Origin: an uncultured delta proteobacterium
Lineage (GTDB): Bacteria > Desulfobacterota > Syntrophia > Syntrophales > UBA2192
Length of the DNA stretch: 64,000 nt
Direction: 5' to 3'
Assembly: GCA_963705165.1 (NCBI GenBank)
Contig: CAVPJD010000031.1
Coordinates: forward strand, 1-64,000
Part shown: positions 13,374-22,781 of the stretch, piece after piece
Layout of the letters: each line of letters opens with the position of its first letter
How positions within the stretch are numbered: the first letter of the stretch is position 1
Notes under the pieces: generated by a model
Database searches by the model: none
The model's input: the letters and a program-made list of their open reading frames with translations, nothing else
Told to the model about the DNA's origin: nothing
Made by a program: the position numbers and the translations under genes

Positions 13374-15050
13374 CTATTCTTTCACTGCCGGCAGCAGGAT
13401 GTGGAAGGCCGAGAAGTGCCCTTCCCGGGATTCCACGCGGATCAGCCCCTCGTGGTTGCGGATGATCGCGTAGCTCACGGCAAGCCCCAGGCCCCGGCGG
13501 GATTCCTTGGTCGTGAAATAGGGGTCGAAGATCTTCGAGAGATGCTCCTCGGAGATGCCAGGGCCATGATCGCGGATGGAGATCTTGACGTATCGGCCTT
13601 CCTTGAGAGGCAGCCTGTCCGATGCTTCGACGATGACATTGCCTGCCAGGACGTCGATGGAGCCTCCGCCGGGCATGGCCTCAATGGCGTTCTGGATGAT
13701 GTGCCTCAGCACCTGCTGGATCTGTCCCTCGTCCACCTCCGTTGGCCAGATATCCGGGTCAAGGGAATAATGGACCTCAATGCCCTGCCCCGCGGGAATC
13801 AAACCTGCCGCCTCTTTCAACAGCGGCACCAGGCCCGTCACCTTCCGGACAGGATAACCCCCCTTGGCCACGGTGATGAGCAGGTGGGTGAGCTCCTTGG
13901 CGCGAAGCCCCGCTTTTTCGGCGATGGCCAGGCCGTCCTCGAGCATCTTGTCCTCGTCGGGGACGGAGATCTTGGCCAGGAAAACGTTCCGGAGAATCGC
14001 GGACAGGAGCGTGTTGAAGTCCTGGGCGATCCCGCCGGCCATGGCGCTCAGGGATTCCATCTTCTGTGCCTTGTGAAGCTCCTCCTCGGCCCGCTTCTGC
14101 TCCGTGATGTTCTCCAGCGTCTCCAGGGCCCCCACGAGCCTGCCCTCGGAGTCGTGGATGGCGGCAGCCGTGAACCGCAGCCAGCGTCCCCCTTCGCCCA
14201 GTTCGGGGAAGAAGTCCGTCGCCTCGTAGGCCTCCTCGATGAGCGGCGACTTGCGGCACTTGCCGGCATACCAGCTCTCGATGGCGTCGAAATCCTGATC
14301 GACGAGCAGGTCGGCCAGGCAGGGCCGCGCCCCGCTGCGGTAGAAGGCCCTCCAGTGATCGGCCGTCCCGAGTACCTCATGGGCACGGATCCCGCTCAGC
14401 TCCTCCAGCGCCCGGTTCCAGTAAAGGATCCGGTGGTCCCGCCCGATGACGAACGTGGGAATTGGAGAGCCCTGGATCACGCTCTGGAGCCTGCGCTCGC
14501 TGTCCTTGAGGCTTTCCTCGGCCAGCTTCCTCTCGGTGATGTTCTCCAGGGTCTCCTGGGCGCCCACCACTTCACCTCCCGAGCCCCGGATCAAAGCAGC
14601 CGTGAACCGCAGCCAGCGTCCTCCTTTGCCCAGTTCGGGAAAGAAGTCCGTCGCCTCGTAAGCCTCCTCGATGAGCGTCGACTTGCGGCACTTGCCTGCA
14701 TACCAGCTCTCGATGGCGTCGAAATCCTGATCGACAAGCAGGTCGGCCAGGCAGGGCCGCGCCCCGCTGCGGTAGAAGGCCCTCCAGTGATCGGCCGTCC
14801 CGAGTACCTCATGGGCACGGATCCCGCTCAGCTCCTCCAGCGCCCGGTTCCAGTAAAGGATCCGGTGGTCCCGCCCGATGACGAACGTGGGAATTGGAGA
14901 GCCCTGGATCACGCTCTGGAGCCTGCGCTCGCTGTCCGCAAGGTCCTTTTCCGGGCTCCCGGGACTTTTCTCGGCCTGCGCGAAATTCAACGGCCTTTTG
15001 CGCGGCTTTTCCGCGCTTTCAATCAGCGGCCCCCGCTTTGTGCGCTTCAT
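13374..15050 (-). CDS. Cytoplasmic two-PAS histidine-kinase-like protein (H-box His replaced by Gln)
   Basis: Two near-identical PAS repeats, AGGIAQDFN H-box, NAIEAM N-box, DHGPGI G1, FDPYFTTK, GLGL. Confidence 0.85.
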   Translation of the reverse strand: MKRTKRGPLIESAEKPRKRPLNFAQAEKSPGSPEKDLADSERRLQSVIQGSPIPTFVIGRDHRILYWNRALEELSGIRAHEVLGTADHWRAFYRSGARPCLADLLVDQDFDAIESWYAGKCRKSTLIEEAYEATDFFPELGKGGRWLRFTAALIRGSGGEVVGAQETLENITERKLAEESLKDSERRLQSVIQGSPIPTFVIGRDHRILYWNRALEELSGIRAHEVLGTADHWRAFYRSGARPCLADLLVDQDFDAIESWYAGKCRKSPLIEEAYEATDFFPELGEGGRWLRFTAAAIHDSEGRLVGALETLENITEQKRAEEELHKAQKMESLSAMAGGIAQDFNTLLSAILRNVFLAKISVPDEDKMLEDGLAIAEKAGLRAKELTHLLITVAKGGYPVRKVTGLVPLLKEAAGLIPAGQGIEVHYSLDPDIWPTEVDEGQIQQVLRHIIQNAIEAMPGGGSIDVLAGNVIVEASDRLPLKEGRYVKISIRDHGPGISEEHLSKIFDPYFTTKESRRGLGLAVSYAIIRNHEGLIRVESREGHFSAFHILLPAVKE

Positions 15051-15212
15051 GGCAACGGATCTCCGTGCAGAACGTGGGATCGAATGAGGCTGATGGTTGA
15101 CCGGTTGAAACCGACTCCGGTGGAAACGGTTGGATAAATTTGATTTTTTCCCGTTCTCTCCTTATACTACGATTACTGTGAATTGTGAACCCTCTTTCAG
15201 CCGGAAGGCATC

Positions 15213-16082
15213 ATGAGGCGGCTTGCCCACATATCGGATCTGCACTTCGGCCGCGAGGACCCTGTTCTCATCCGGGAGCTCCTCGCCGATCTGCGCCGGC
15301 TCGAACCGACGCTGGTCGCCGTGAGCGGGGATCTCACCCAGCGGGCCCGGCGCCGGCAGTTCCTGTCTGCCCGGGCCTTTCTCGAGCGAATCCCCTGCCC
15401 CAAGATCGTCGTGCCGGGCAACCACGACATCCCCCTGTACAATCCCGTGCGCAGGTTCCTGCTGCCCCTGCACCGCTGGCGCCGATACATCGCCGCGGAC
15501 ATGGACCCCCTGTACATCGATGACGAAATGGCCGTGCTGGGCGTCAACACGGCGCGCTCGCTGGCTTTTGTCAACGGGCGCATCTCGGACAAGCAGATTG
15601 CGCTTTTGCGCTATCGGCTCTGCAGCATCCCCGATCACATCTTCAAGATCGTCGTGACGCACCACCCCTTCATCCCCCCGCCCATCCCGCCCTATTCCAT
15701 CGTGGGACGCGCGGCCAAGGCCCTGGCCGTCCTCGAGGAGTGCGGCGTCGACGTGCTGCTGGCGGGACACTACCACGTGGGGTATTCCGACGACATCCGC
15801 AGCCACCACGAAACCATCCGCTCCCACATCCTCGTCTCCCAGGCCTCGACGCTCTCCACGCGCCTGCGGCGCGAGCCGGCGGCGTACAATGTCTACACGA
15901 TCAACCCTCCCGATTTGACCCTGACCGTCCGTGCCTGGAACGGAAAGCGATTCGTCACGGCCCGAAAGACCCGTTACAAGGAAATCAAGAATACCTGGTC
16001 CGAGGTCCAGGGCCGCCAAGCCCGCCTCGAGAGGGAACCCGCTCCGCCGGCAGCCCGGGACGGAAAGCACAGGAAAAAGTAA
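15213..16082 (+). CDS. Metallophosphoesterase (CpdA/Icc-like)
   Basis: SDLHFG, SGDLT, PGNHD, THHP, GHYH motifs. Confidence 0.88.
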   Translation: MRRLAHISDLHFGREDPVLIRELLADLRRLEPTLVAVSGDLTQRARRRQFLSARAFLERIPCPKIVVPGNHDIPLYNPVRRFLLPLHRWRRYIAADMDPLYIDDEMAVLGVNTARSLAFVNGRISDKQIALLRYRLCSIPDHIFKIVVTHHPFIPPPIPPYSIVGRAAKALAVLEECGVDVLLAGHYHVGYSDDIRSHHETIRSHILVSQASTLSTRLRREPAAYNVYTINPPDLTLTVRAWNGKRFVTARKTRYKEIKNTWSEVQGRQARLEREPAPPAARDGKHRKK

Positions 16083-16257
16083 ACCGCCGCTTGACAGGTT
16101 GCGGTGATTCACGTATTCGGTCTGCCTGGGCAAAAGCCGGAGCAGTCGGGGCTCACAGCGCCTGATCACACATCACAGCGGAACACACGGTCGCACCGGG
16201 GAAAAAATTTCAAAGCCATCCTCCCCGGGCATAGACCGCGGAGTCCCAGACAGGAGC

Positions 16258-17646
16258 ATGGGCATGTCGGAGGTTACGCGCATCCTTATCATCGGCGGCG
16301 GTGTGGCGGGCTATCCCGCCGCGATCCGGGCATCACGCATGGGTGCCGAGGTGACGCTCATCGAAAAAGATGCCATCGGGGGAACCTGTCTCAACTGGGG
16401 ATGCATCCCCACCAAGGCGCTCCTGCAGTCTGCCAGCGTCGTGCGAACCATGAAATCAGCCGACCTCTTCGGCATACGCTGCCACGGATACGATGTGGAT
16501 TTTGGCGCCGTCATGAGCCGCAAGAATGCCGTCGTGTCGAGGCTGACCCGCGGGGTCGGGGCGCTGCTGAAAGCCCGGAAGATAAACGTCATACAGGGAA
16601 CGGCTTCTTTCTTGGACTCAAAGACCGTCCGGATCAGCGAGACGGGCGAGCAAATCCGGGCCGATGCGATACTCATCGCGACGGGATCGAAGCCCGGCAG
16701 AATCCCCGTGGAGGGGATCGACGGCCCTGACGTGATGGACTCGAACCAGGTCCTGAGCATGACGTCTCTGCCGACAAGCGTCGTCGTGATCGGGGGCGGC
16801 GTCATCGGTGTGGAGTTCGCCCAATTCCTGGCCGCCATGGGAACGCGCGTCACCATCCTGGAGCTGATGCCCGGCCTCGTGCCCGGAGTCGACCGGGAGC
16901 TGGCATCGCTTCTCGAGAAGCGCACGATCATGTCGGGAATCGAGATCGTAACCGGCGCAGCGGTGAGGGGCATCGTCCGCACGGGCACAGAGAATGTCGT
17001 CACCTACACGGTGGGTGACAAAACGGCGACGGCCAGTGCCGACAAGGTCATTCTGACTGTCGGACGCAGACCCGACTTCTCGCTCATCGACGTCGACCGT
17101 GCAGGGGTCCGGCACGAGAACGGTGCCATTGTCGTCGACGAACACATGCAGACAAACATCCCGGGGATCTACGCCGCGGGTGATGTCGTGGGCGGTATCA
17201 TGCTGGCCCACCTGGCGTCGGCCGAGGGCGAATGCGCCGTAAAGAATATCATGGGGAATCGCGAGGCCATGAGCTACAAGGCCGTCCCTTCCTGCATCTA
17301 CACGTCGCCCGAGGTGGCTTCCGTGGGGTTGACGGAAGAACAGGCCAGGCAGTCTCACGACATCCGGGTGGGGCGCTTCCCCTTCCGTGCAAACGGCAAG
17401 GCGGTTATCCTCAACGAATTGGAAGGGGTGGTGAAAATCATATCGGACGGGACCTCAGGCGAGGTGCTGGGCGTGCACATCATCGGTCCCCACGCCACGG
17501 ACCTGATCGCCGAGGCCGTTCTCGGCATGCGCAAGAAGATGACCGCCGGGGATTTTGCCCACACCATTCACCCGCACCCTACACTCTCCGAAGCCATCAT
17601 GGAGGCAGCCATGACGCTGACCGACGGCGCTATCCATGTGCCATGA
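16258..17646 (+). CDS. lpdA: Dihydrolipoamide dehydrogenase
   Basis: GGGVAG, GGTCLNWGCIPTK redox motif, GGGVIG, HPHPTLSE. Confidence 0.93.
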   Translation: MGMSEVTRILIIGGGVAGYPAAIRASRMGAEVTLIEKDAIGGTCLNWGCIPTKALLQSASVVRTMKSADLFGIRCHGYDVDFGAVMSRKNAVVSRLTRGVGALLKARKINVIQGTASFLDSKTVRISETGEQIRADAILIATGSKPGRIPVEGIDGPDVMDSNQVLSMTSLPTSVVVIGGGVIGVEFAQFLAAMGTRVTILELMPGLVPGVDRELASLLEKRTIMSGIEIVTGAAVRGIVRTGTENVVTYTVGDKTATASADKVILTVGRRPDFSLIDVDRAGVRHENGAIVVDEHMQTNIPGIYAAGDVVGGIMLAHLASAEGECAVKNIMGNREAMSYKAVPSCIYTSPEVASVGLTEEQARQSHDIRVGRFPFRANGKAVILNELEGVVKIISDGTSGEVLGVHIIGPHATDLIAEAVLGMRKKMTAGDFAHTIHPHPTLSEAIMEAAMTLTDGAIHVP

Positions 17647-17744
17647 GGAGAAACCGGGCAGATGCGGCGCAAAAATAATTGAACGGTCCAATCTGTCCGT
17701 AAAACCGTGTAGGGTCAACACGAGCCCTCTACAGGAGATGACGA

Positions 17745-18923
17745 ATGCCCCTGCCCCTCGAAGGATACCGCGTACTCGATCTGTCTGCCGTCTTCCCGGG
17801 GTCGCTCTGCACAATGATTCTGGCTGACCTCGGGGCCGAAGTGATCAAGATCGAAAGCCCTGCAGGCGGCGAACCGGGCCGCGCCATCCCGCCCCTCGTG
17901 AAGAAGACAAGCATCCTTTTCCACATGATCAACCGCAACAAGAAGAGCGTCACCCTCGATGCGAGAAACCCGAAGGGCCGGAAAATTTTACTAAGGCTCG
18001 CTGAGCATGCCGACGTCTTCGTCGAGAACACCCGCCCCGGCAACCTCTCGAAGATCGGTCTCGGCTACGAAGACCTCTCCCGGATCAATCCCCGCATCAT
18101 ATACTGCTCCATCACCGGTTTCGGGCAGGACGGGCCTTACCGGGACATACCGGCCCATGACATCAATTTCCTCGCCCTGTCGGGCATCCTCGGCCTCATC
18201 GGCGAGAAGGGGCGTGCGCCTGCCATCCCGGACATCCAGATCGCAGGGGCCGGTGCCGGCGGGATGAACGCCGCCATGGGCATCCTGGCAGCCCTTCTTC
18301 GACGCGAGCGAACGGGAAAGGGGCAATACATCGATGCGGCCATCCTCGATGGACTTGTTCCCTACCTGACGCTATCCATGTGCCAGTTCATGCATAACGG
18401 GAAGCAGCCCCAACGCGGCGAATCTCTGGTCGGGGGCGGCTACGCATTCTGGAATGTCTACCGGACAAAGGAGGGCCGCTTTATTACCCTGGGCTGCTGG
18501 GAAAAAAAGTACTGGGAGAATTTCTGCCGGGCCGTGAACCGCGAGGATCTGGTCCGAGAGCAGCATGCGCCGCCGCCCCGACAGGATGAGATCATCGAAG
18601 AGGTGCGGTCCATCTTCACGACAAAGACAAGGGACGAGTGGCTCGAGGCGCTCGACCCGAGGGATATCTGCTACGCGCCCGTCAACTCCCTGCAGGAAGC
18701 CCTCGAGCATCCGCAGATCCGGCACCGCGGGTTGTGGTTCAAGGGGAAGCACCCGGAGGACGGGGAAATTCCCCAGCCCGGGTTCCCGTTGAAGTTCAAC
18801 GAAGACCAGCCGGGCTGGCGCACGCCACCGCCCGGGCTCGGGGAGCACAACCGGCAAATCCTGGACGAGCTGGGCATCGGTGAGGGCGAACTCCGGGAAC
18901 TTAAGGCCGCAGGCATCATCTGA
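17745..18923 (+). CDS. CaiB/BaiF class III CoA-transferase
   Basis: LADLGAEVIKIE, NRNKKSV, ENTRPG, GFGQDGPY, HDINF. Confidence 0.92.
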   Translation: MPLPLEGYRVLDLSAVFPGSLCTMILADLGAEVIKIESPAGGEPGRAIPPLVKKTSILFHMINRNKKSVTLDARNPKGRKILLRLAEHADVFVENTRPGNLSKIGLGYEDLSRINPRIIYCSITGFGQDGPYRDIPAHDINFLALSGILGLIGEKGRAPAIPDIQIAGAGAGGMNAAMGILAALLRRERTGKGQYIDAAILDGLVPYLTLSMCQFMHNGKQPQRGESLVGGGYAFWNVYRTKEGRFITLGCWEKKYWENFCRAVNREDLVREQHAPPPRQDEIIEEVRSIFTTKTRDEWLEALDPRDICYAPVNSLQEALEHPQIRHRGLWFKGKHPEDGEIPQPGFPLKFNEDQPGWRTPPPGLGEHNRQILDELGIGEGELRELKAAGII

Positions 18924-19232
18924 CGAGAGGGGAGCTGGGGCCATCCTCTCTATCGGCTTTACGGAAAGAGAAAGCGCTAAGCGCCGAGCATGAAGGGCCG
19001 CTTTGCGGCACACTTCTACGACCTTTCAGTCCGTCGAAGCGACAAAAATGTCGTTTCTTCTATTTATCCTTTTAATCAATAGCTTACAGCATTTTTACCC
19101 CGCCTTTTCGACGGTTTTTCCGATCGGTCGCGCCGGCCGGCGACATGCCGAGATCGAACCTTCGAAGGTTCTCCCATCTTTTTATTCTTTCGTGACAACG
19201 AGTTATGAAAATTTTCGCCCGGGCGGAGTTCC

Positions 19233-19248
19233 TGGCAGACCTGTTGCT
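19233..19248 (+). promoter_or_regulatory. Sigma54 (-24/-12) promoter
   Basis: TGGCAGACCTGTTGCT, GG-N10-GC with TTGC; followed by AGGAGG RBS and ATG 19281. Confidence 0.6.
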
Positions 19249-19280
19249 ATATCGGTTACATGGAAAAAGGAGGCTTACTA

Positions 19281-19697
19281 ATGGCTACGGTGAAAATGAA
19301 ACGATACAAAACGCTGCTGCATCACCGGATCGATGAAATTCTGAAAGCAGACGGCAAACCCCTGTTCCCCACGGAAGATCTCAACGGGCTTCTTCCGGAC
19401 ATGTACGATCTGGCCTCTTGCGAGACAGAGCGTCTCTACGAGTATGCGTTGAAGGACAGGGAAAGAAGGTCGGTCGTTGAGCTGATCTACGCGCTCAAGA
19501 GAATCGATGAGGGCATCTACGGAACCTGCGAGGATTGCGGGAAGCCCATTTCCGAGAAGAGGCTTCAAGTCGCGCCCGCGGCGACTCAGTGCATCGAATG
19601 CAAAGTCGAGGCGGAAAAGCGAGAGCGGGTCCAAAAGATCGTGCGGACACACTCTCATCACGGGATTCAGCTCGGGGAACCCCCGGGAGGGAATTGA
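19281..19697 (+). CDS. TraR/DksA-family C4 zinc-finger transcription factor
   Basis: DMYDLA (DxxDxA), GIYGTCEDCG..RL..P..CIECK. Confidence 0.9.
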   Translation: MATVKMKRYKTLLHHRIDEILKADGKPLFPTEDLNGLLPDMYDLASCETERLYEYALKDRERRSVVELIYALKRIDEGIYGTCEDCGKPISEKRLQVAPAATQCIECKVEAEKRERVQKIVRTHSHHGIQLGEPPGGN

Positions 19698-19736
19698 AAC
19701 AAAACAGCCAACTCCCATCTCCTTTCATCGTATCAG

Positions 19737-19772
19737 CAGCAAGGCCCCCGCCACGGGGGCCTTGCTGTTTTT
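19737..19772 (+). terminator. Intrinsic terminator
   Basis: CAGCAAGGCCCCCG-cca-CGGGGGCCTTGCTG followed by T run. Confidence 0.8.
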
Positions 19773-19832
19773 ACGGGGGGCGCTTCACGGTCGCATTCAT
19801 TGGTTTCTATGAAAGCAGTTGTGAAAGTAATT

Positions 19833-19929
19833 GTCATTGTGAGCGCAGCGACGTAATCTTCGTCATGGATTCAAAGCAAAGATCTCAAGCGTGGATCGCC
19901 ATGCCTCGCGAGGCTCGGCTCGCGATGAC
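19833..19929. repeat. Degenerate GTCATTGCGAG...CTCGCAATGAC-type palindromic element
   Basis: GTCATTGTGAG at left, CTCGCGATGAC at right, internal small hairpins. Confidence 0.55.
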
Positions 19930-20049
19930 CCCTTTTTTTAGACGACGGAATCAATTTCATCCTTGTGCCCGCTCCGCACTCACGCACTTCTTCAATAGCG
20001 CTCTGCGCGATTCCTCCACACGCTACCCGCTACACGCTACACGCTTCTT

Positions 20050-20727
20050 TTAGGGAACGAAGAGTGCCGCCAGGATCGCATAAGCGAGCGCCGGAACGAG
20101 ATTGCCCACACGGATCTGTTTGATCTCGAGGATATTGATGCCGATCCCCAGGATGAGAAGGCCGCCCGTGGCGGTGACGGCCTCGATGACCCCGGGACCC
20201 TGAAGAAAGGCGAGTTTCGAGGCCAGCAGGGTGATCGACCCCTGGATTGCGAAAACCGAAAGAGCGGAAAAAGCAACCCCCACCCCCAGGGATGATGCGA
20301 ATGCAATGGACGCCACCCCGTCGAGCAGCGATTTAATATAGAGGATGCTCGGGTCCCCCACTGTGCCGTCCCGGATGGCGCCGACGATCACCATGGCCCC
20401 GGTGCAGTAGAGCACGGAGGCCGTGACGAAACCCTGGACGAAGGTGGGCGACTCGGACCGGAAGCGCCGCTTGAGCCACTCCCCCATGGCGGCGATGCGC
20501 CCTTCGATATCGAGCAGCTCACCCGTGACGGCCCCGAGCAGGAGAGACCCGATGACGAGCAGGGGCCGCGTGCCCGAGAGGGCCATCTGGAGGCCGATCA
20601 GGATCACCGAGAGCCCGAGGGCCTGCATGACGATGGTCTTGATCCGGTCGGGAAGCCGCTTCCCGATGACCACGCCCAGAAGGCTCCCCACCACGACGGC
20701 GCCCGTGTTTACCAGTGTTCCTGTCAC
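20050..20727 (-). CDS. DUF554-family membrane protein
   Basis: GTLVNTGAV start, GFVTASVLYCTGAM, KSLLDG, GGLLILGIG; GTG start with GAGGAG RBS. Confidence 0.85.
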   Translation of the reverse strand: MTGTLVNTGAVVVGSLLGVVIGKRLPDRIKTIVMQALGLSVILIGLQMALSGTRPLLVIGSLLLGAVTGELLDIEGRIAAMGEWLKRRFRSESPTFVQGFVTASVLYCTGAMVIVGAIRDGTVGDPSILYIKSLLDGVASIAFASSLGVGVAFSALSVFAIQGSITLLASKLAFLQGPGVIEAVTATGGLLILGIGINILEIKQIRVGNLVPALAYAILAALFVP

Positions 20728-20814
20728 ATCACTGCTCCTCGTCTTGACATGCTGACCCGTATCTATACCATTACCCCCGGCCATCAGGCAATGATTGCCT
20801 TCGGTTGCAGTGAA

Positions 20815-20926
20815 GGGTAACGGGTTCAGGGTCCAGGGTCCAGGGTTTTGAAATCAAGAAATCCCCCTCCACCCCTATACCCTATACCCTATACCCAATA
20901 CCCTATTCCCTATTCCCGTATTCCCC
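20815..20926. repeat. Inverted pair of heptamer tandem arrays
   Basis: (GGGTnnn)x4 ... (TACCCTA-like)x7. Confidence 0.8.
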
Positions 20927-20927
20927 G

Positions 20928-20957
20928 TTGACAGCAATCCTCCCGACTTGCTACAAG
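20928..20957 (+). promoter_or_regulatory. Sigma70-type promoter
   Basis: TTGACA-18 nt-TACAAG with extended -10 TG. Confidence 0.5.
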
Positions 20958-20991
20958 GGACCACAAAACGAAGCACGTCTTTGGGGTGTCC

Positions 20992-21429
20992 ATGCACACA
21001 TTCTTATTCCAGGAAGGCATCTGGGTGGCAAAGGGCGAATACGTTGACGAGGCGATGAACCGGGGTTCCCTCGAAGGGGAGTCGAGGGTCACCCATAGCC
21101 CCGATGAGTGGCTCAACGAGGGTCGCATGACCCTCTGCATGGGCGGCAAAACAGTCGAGATCGAAAACCTCTACCGCATTGTCCCCTTCACCGAAGGGTC
21201 CGATTTCACAAGCTGGGAATCCGTCAATCCGGCCCTCGGGACGCTTCGCGGGCATTTTATCATCATCGGTGAGGCCATCCTGTCTTCCTGCGCATCCACA
21301 GACGCCCGGTACACGGGCACGGAGTTCCTGCTGCAGGAATCAGCGGAGCGCTATATCAACCGCGGCACCCTGTTTTCCTCGAGCGGCAAGATCTCCTCCT
21401 GGTCGCTGATCTTGTCAAGAAAGGGGTAG
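20992..21429 (+). CDS. Hypothetical protein (predicted beta-rich)
   Basis: ORF downstream of promoter, coupled to next gene. Confidence 0.65.
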   Translation: MHTFLFQEGIWVAKGEYVDEAMNRGSLEGESRVTHSPDEWLNEGRMTLCMGGKTVEIENLYRIVPFTEGSDFTSWESVNPALGTLRGHFIIIGEAILSSCASTDARYTGTEFLLQESAERYINRGTLFSSSGKISSWSLILSRKG

Positions 21430-21431
21430 AA

Positions 21432-21740
21432 ATGTCTGAGGCAGGCTACGTGAAAAAGATTGAATCATTGAGAAAAATAAGGCTCTCGGCCACGATGCTC
21501 GAGGTGGGGTTCAAAAGCGAGAACCTCAGCGAGATTATCCAGTGTCAGATCGAGCTCGAGGGACTGGCGGGAAGGCTTCAGGCCGAACAGGGGGATCTCG
21601 TCACAGCGCTGCAGTGCGAACAAGCAAAGGAATCTCTGGATGCCTTCGTCGCCCTCGTCGACCAGGCCATGGCGAAGGCCTCCCTCGCCGAAGGCATCCC
21701 GTCCGGCGCGTCCAAACCGAAACCGACCACCCTGGGATGA
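21432..21740 (+). CDS. Hypothetical helical protein
   Basis: ORF starts 2 nt after previous stop. Confidence 0.6.
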   Translation: MSEAGYVKKIESLRKIRLSATMLEVGFKSENLSEIIQCQIELEGLAGRLQAEQGDLVTALQCEQAKESLDAFVALVDQAMAKASLAEGIPSGASKPKPTTLG

Positions 21741-21844
21741 ACAAGGTAACAGGTATCAGGTTACAGGTAACAGGATTTTCCCGAGACAGTGCCTTTTGAT
21801 ACCTGTCACCTGGCACCTGTCACCTCCGGCGCTTTGCCGCCGGT

Positions 21845-22465
21845 TCACCACCCATACGCCCGGCTTGTAAACACCTCCCCGCTCGAGAAGGTTCCCGCCA
21901 TCCGTTGAAGCGCCTTCACGTTGTCATCGAACGTGTCGGGCTCGGAGAATAGATAGAAGGTGACATAGCAGGTCTCCCCATTGAGCGGATAGTAATAGCC
22001 CATGGAGGTGTGCTTGATGCCGGCCAGCGGCCTGCTTTCTGGACGTTCCTGCCATTGCAGTCCCGAAGCGTCCCAGTGGCCCAGACGATAGGATCCCCTG
22101 CTTTCGGGAACTTCCCGGACGAGCCGGGTCCAGTCCAGATCCAGGACGGGTTCAATCAATTCCGTGAGCCGTTCCTGCAACGTAAGGGCATTTTCGTAGG
22201 AGAAGTAAAGCGTCCCGCCCCGGAGAGCGATCAGTCCCCGGGTCTGCGGGTTGTGCAAAAGCAGGAGAACCCTCTCGGGGGTCTCGGGCACGAGATAGGC
22301 GGCAAAGCTTTCCGGGACGGTTTTCGTCATGAGCCAGCCGTCATCGGGCAGTCGAACGATAAACCCGTACCGGTAGCTCTGGTATTCGCCCTGATCAATC
22401 GTGGGCGGCAGAGAGGCGCATCCGGCAATCAGCGCGAATAACGCAACGAGAAAAAGCTTCCTCAC
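21845..22465 (-). CDS. Hypothetical lipoprotein
   Basis: GTG start with GGAGG RBS, signal RKLFLVALFALIAG|C. Confidence 0.7.
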   Translation of the reverse strand: MRKLFLVALFALIAGCASLPPTIDQGEYQSYRYGFIVRLPDDGWLMTKTVPESFAAYLVPETPERVLLLLHNPQTRGLIALRGGTLYFSYENALTLQERLTELIEPVLDLDWTRLVREVPESRGSYRLGHWDASGLQWQERPESRPLAGIKHTSMGYYYPLNGETCYVTFYLFSEPDTFDDNVKALQRMAGTFSSGEVFTSRAYGW

Positions 22466-22781
22466 GTTCCCTCCCGACAATGAAGTGCATTGAAAACGAT
22501 TGCACGCGCATCCCGCAGCGCCTGACGTGAGCCAGTCGAACGTTGCTGCGGGATAAGTGAGCATAATAAAAGAAAAAAAACAAAACCCTGCGCTTCTGGA
22601 TTCCTGGCACCTTTATGCGAGGAATTTTAATTCTATGCAAATTCCATGACGAAGCCGCCGTGAAGAGGCCTCCGGTGCCCGCAAGGATGCAAGGGGTGCG
22701 TCGGTTGCATTCTCCCCCTTTCCTGTGTTAAACGGATGATCATGATGGCAATTGGCAAATTGTTTGCAGGTTAGCGCGGTT

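Noticed and set aside
22604..22618. TGGCAC...TGC upstream of gspF as a sigma54 promoter
   Set aside because: GG-to-GC spacing is 9 nt, not the required 10.
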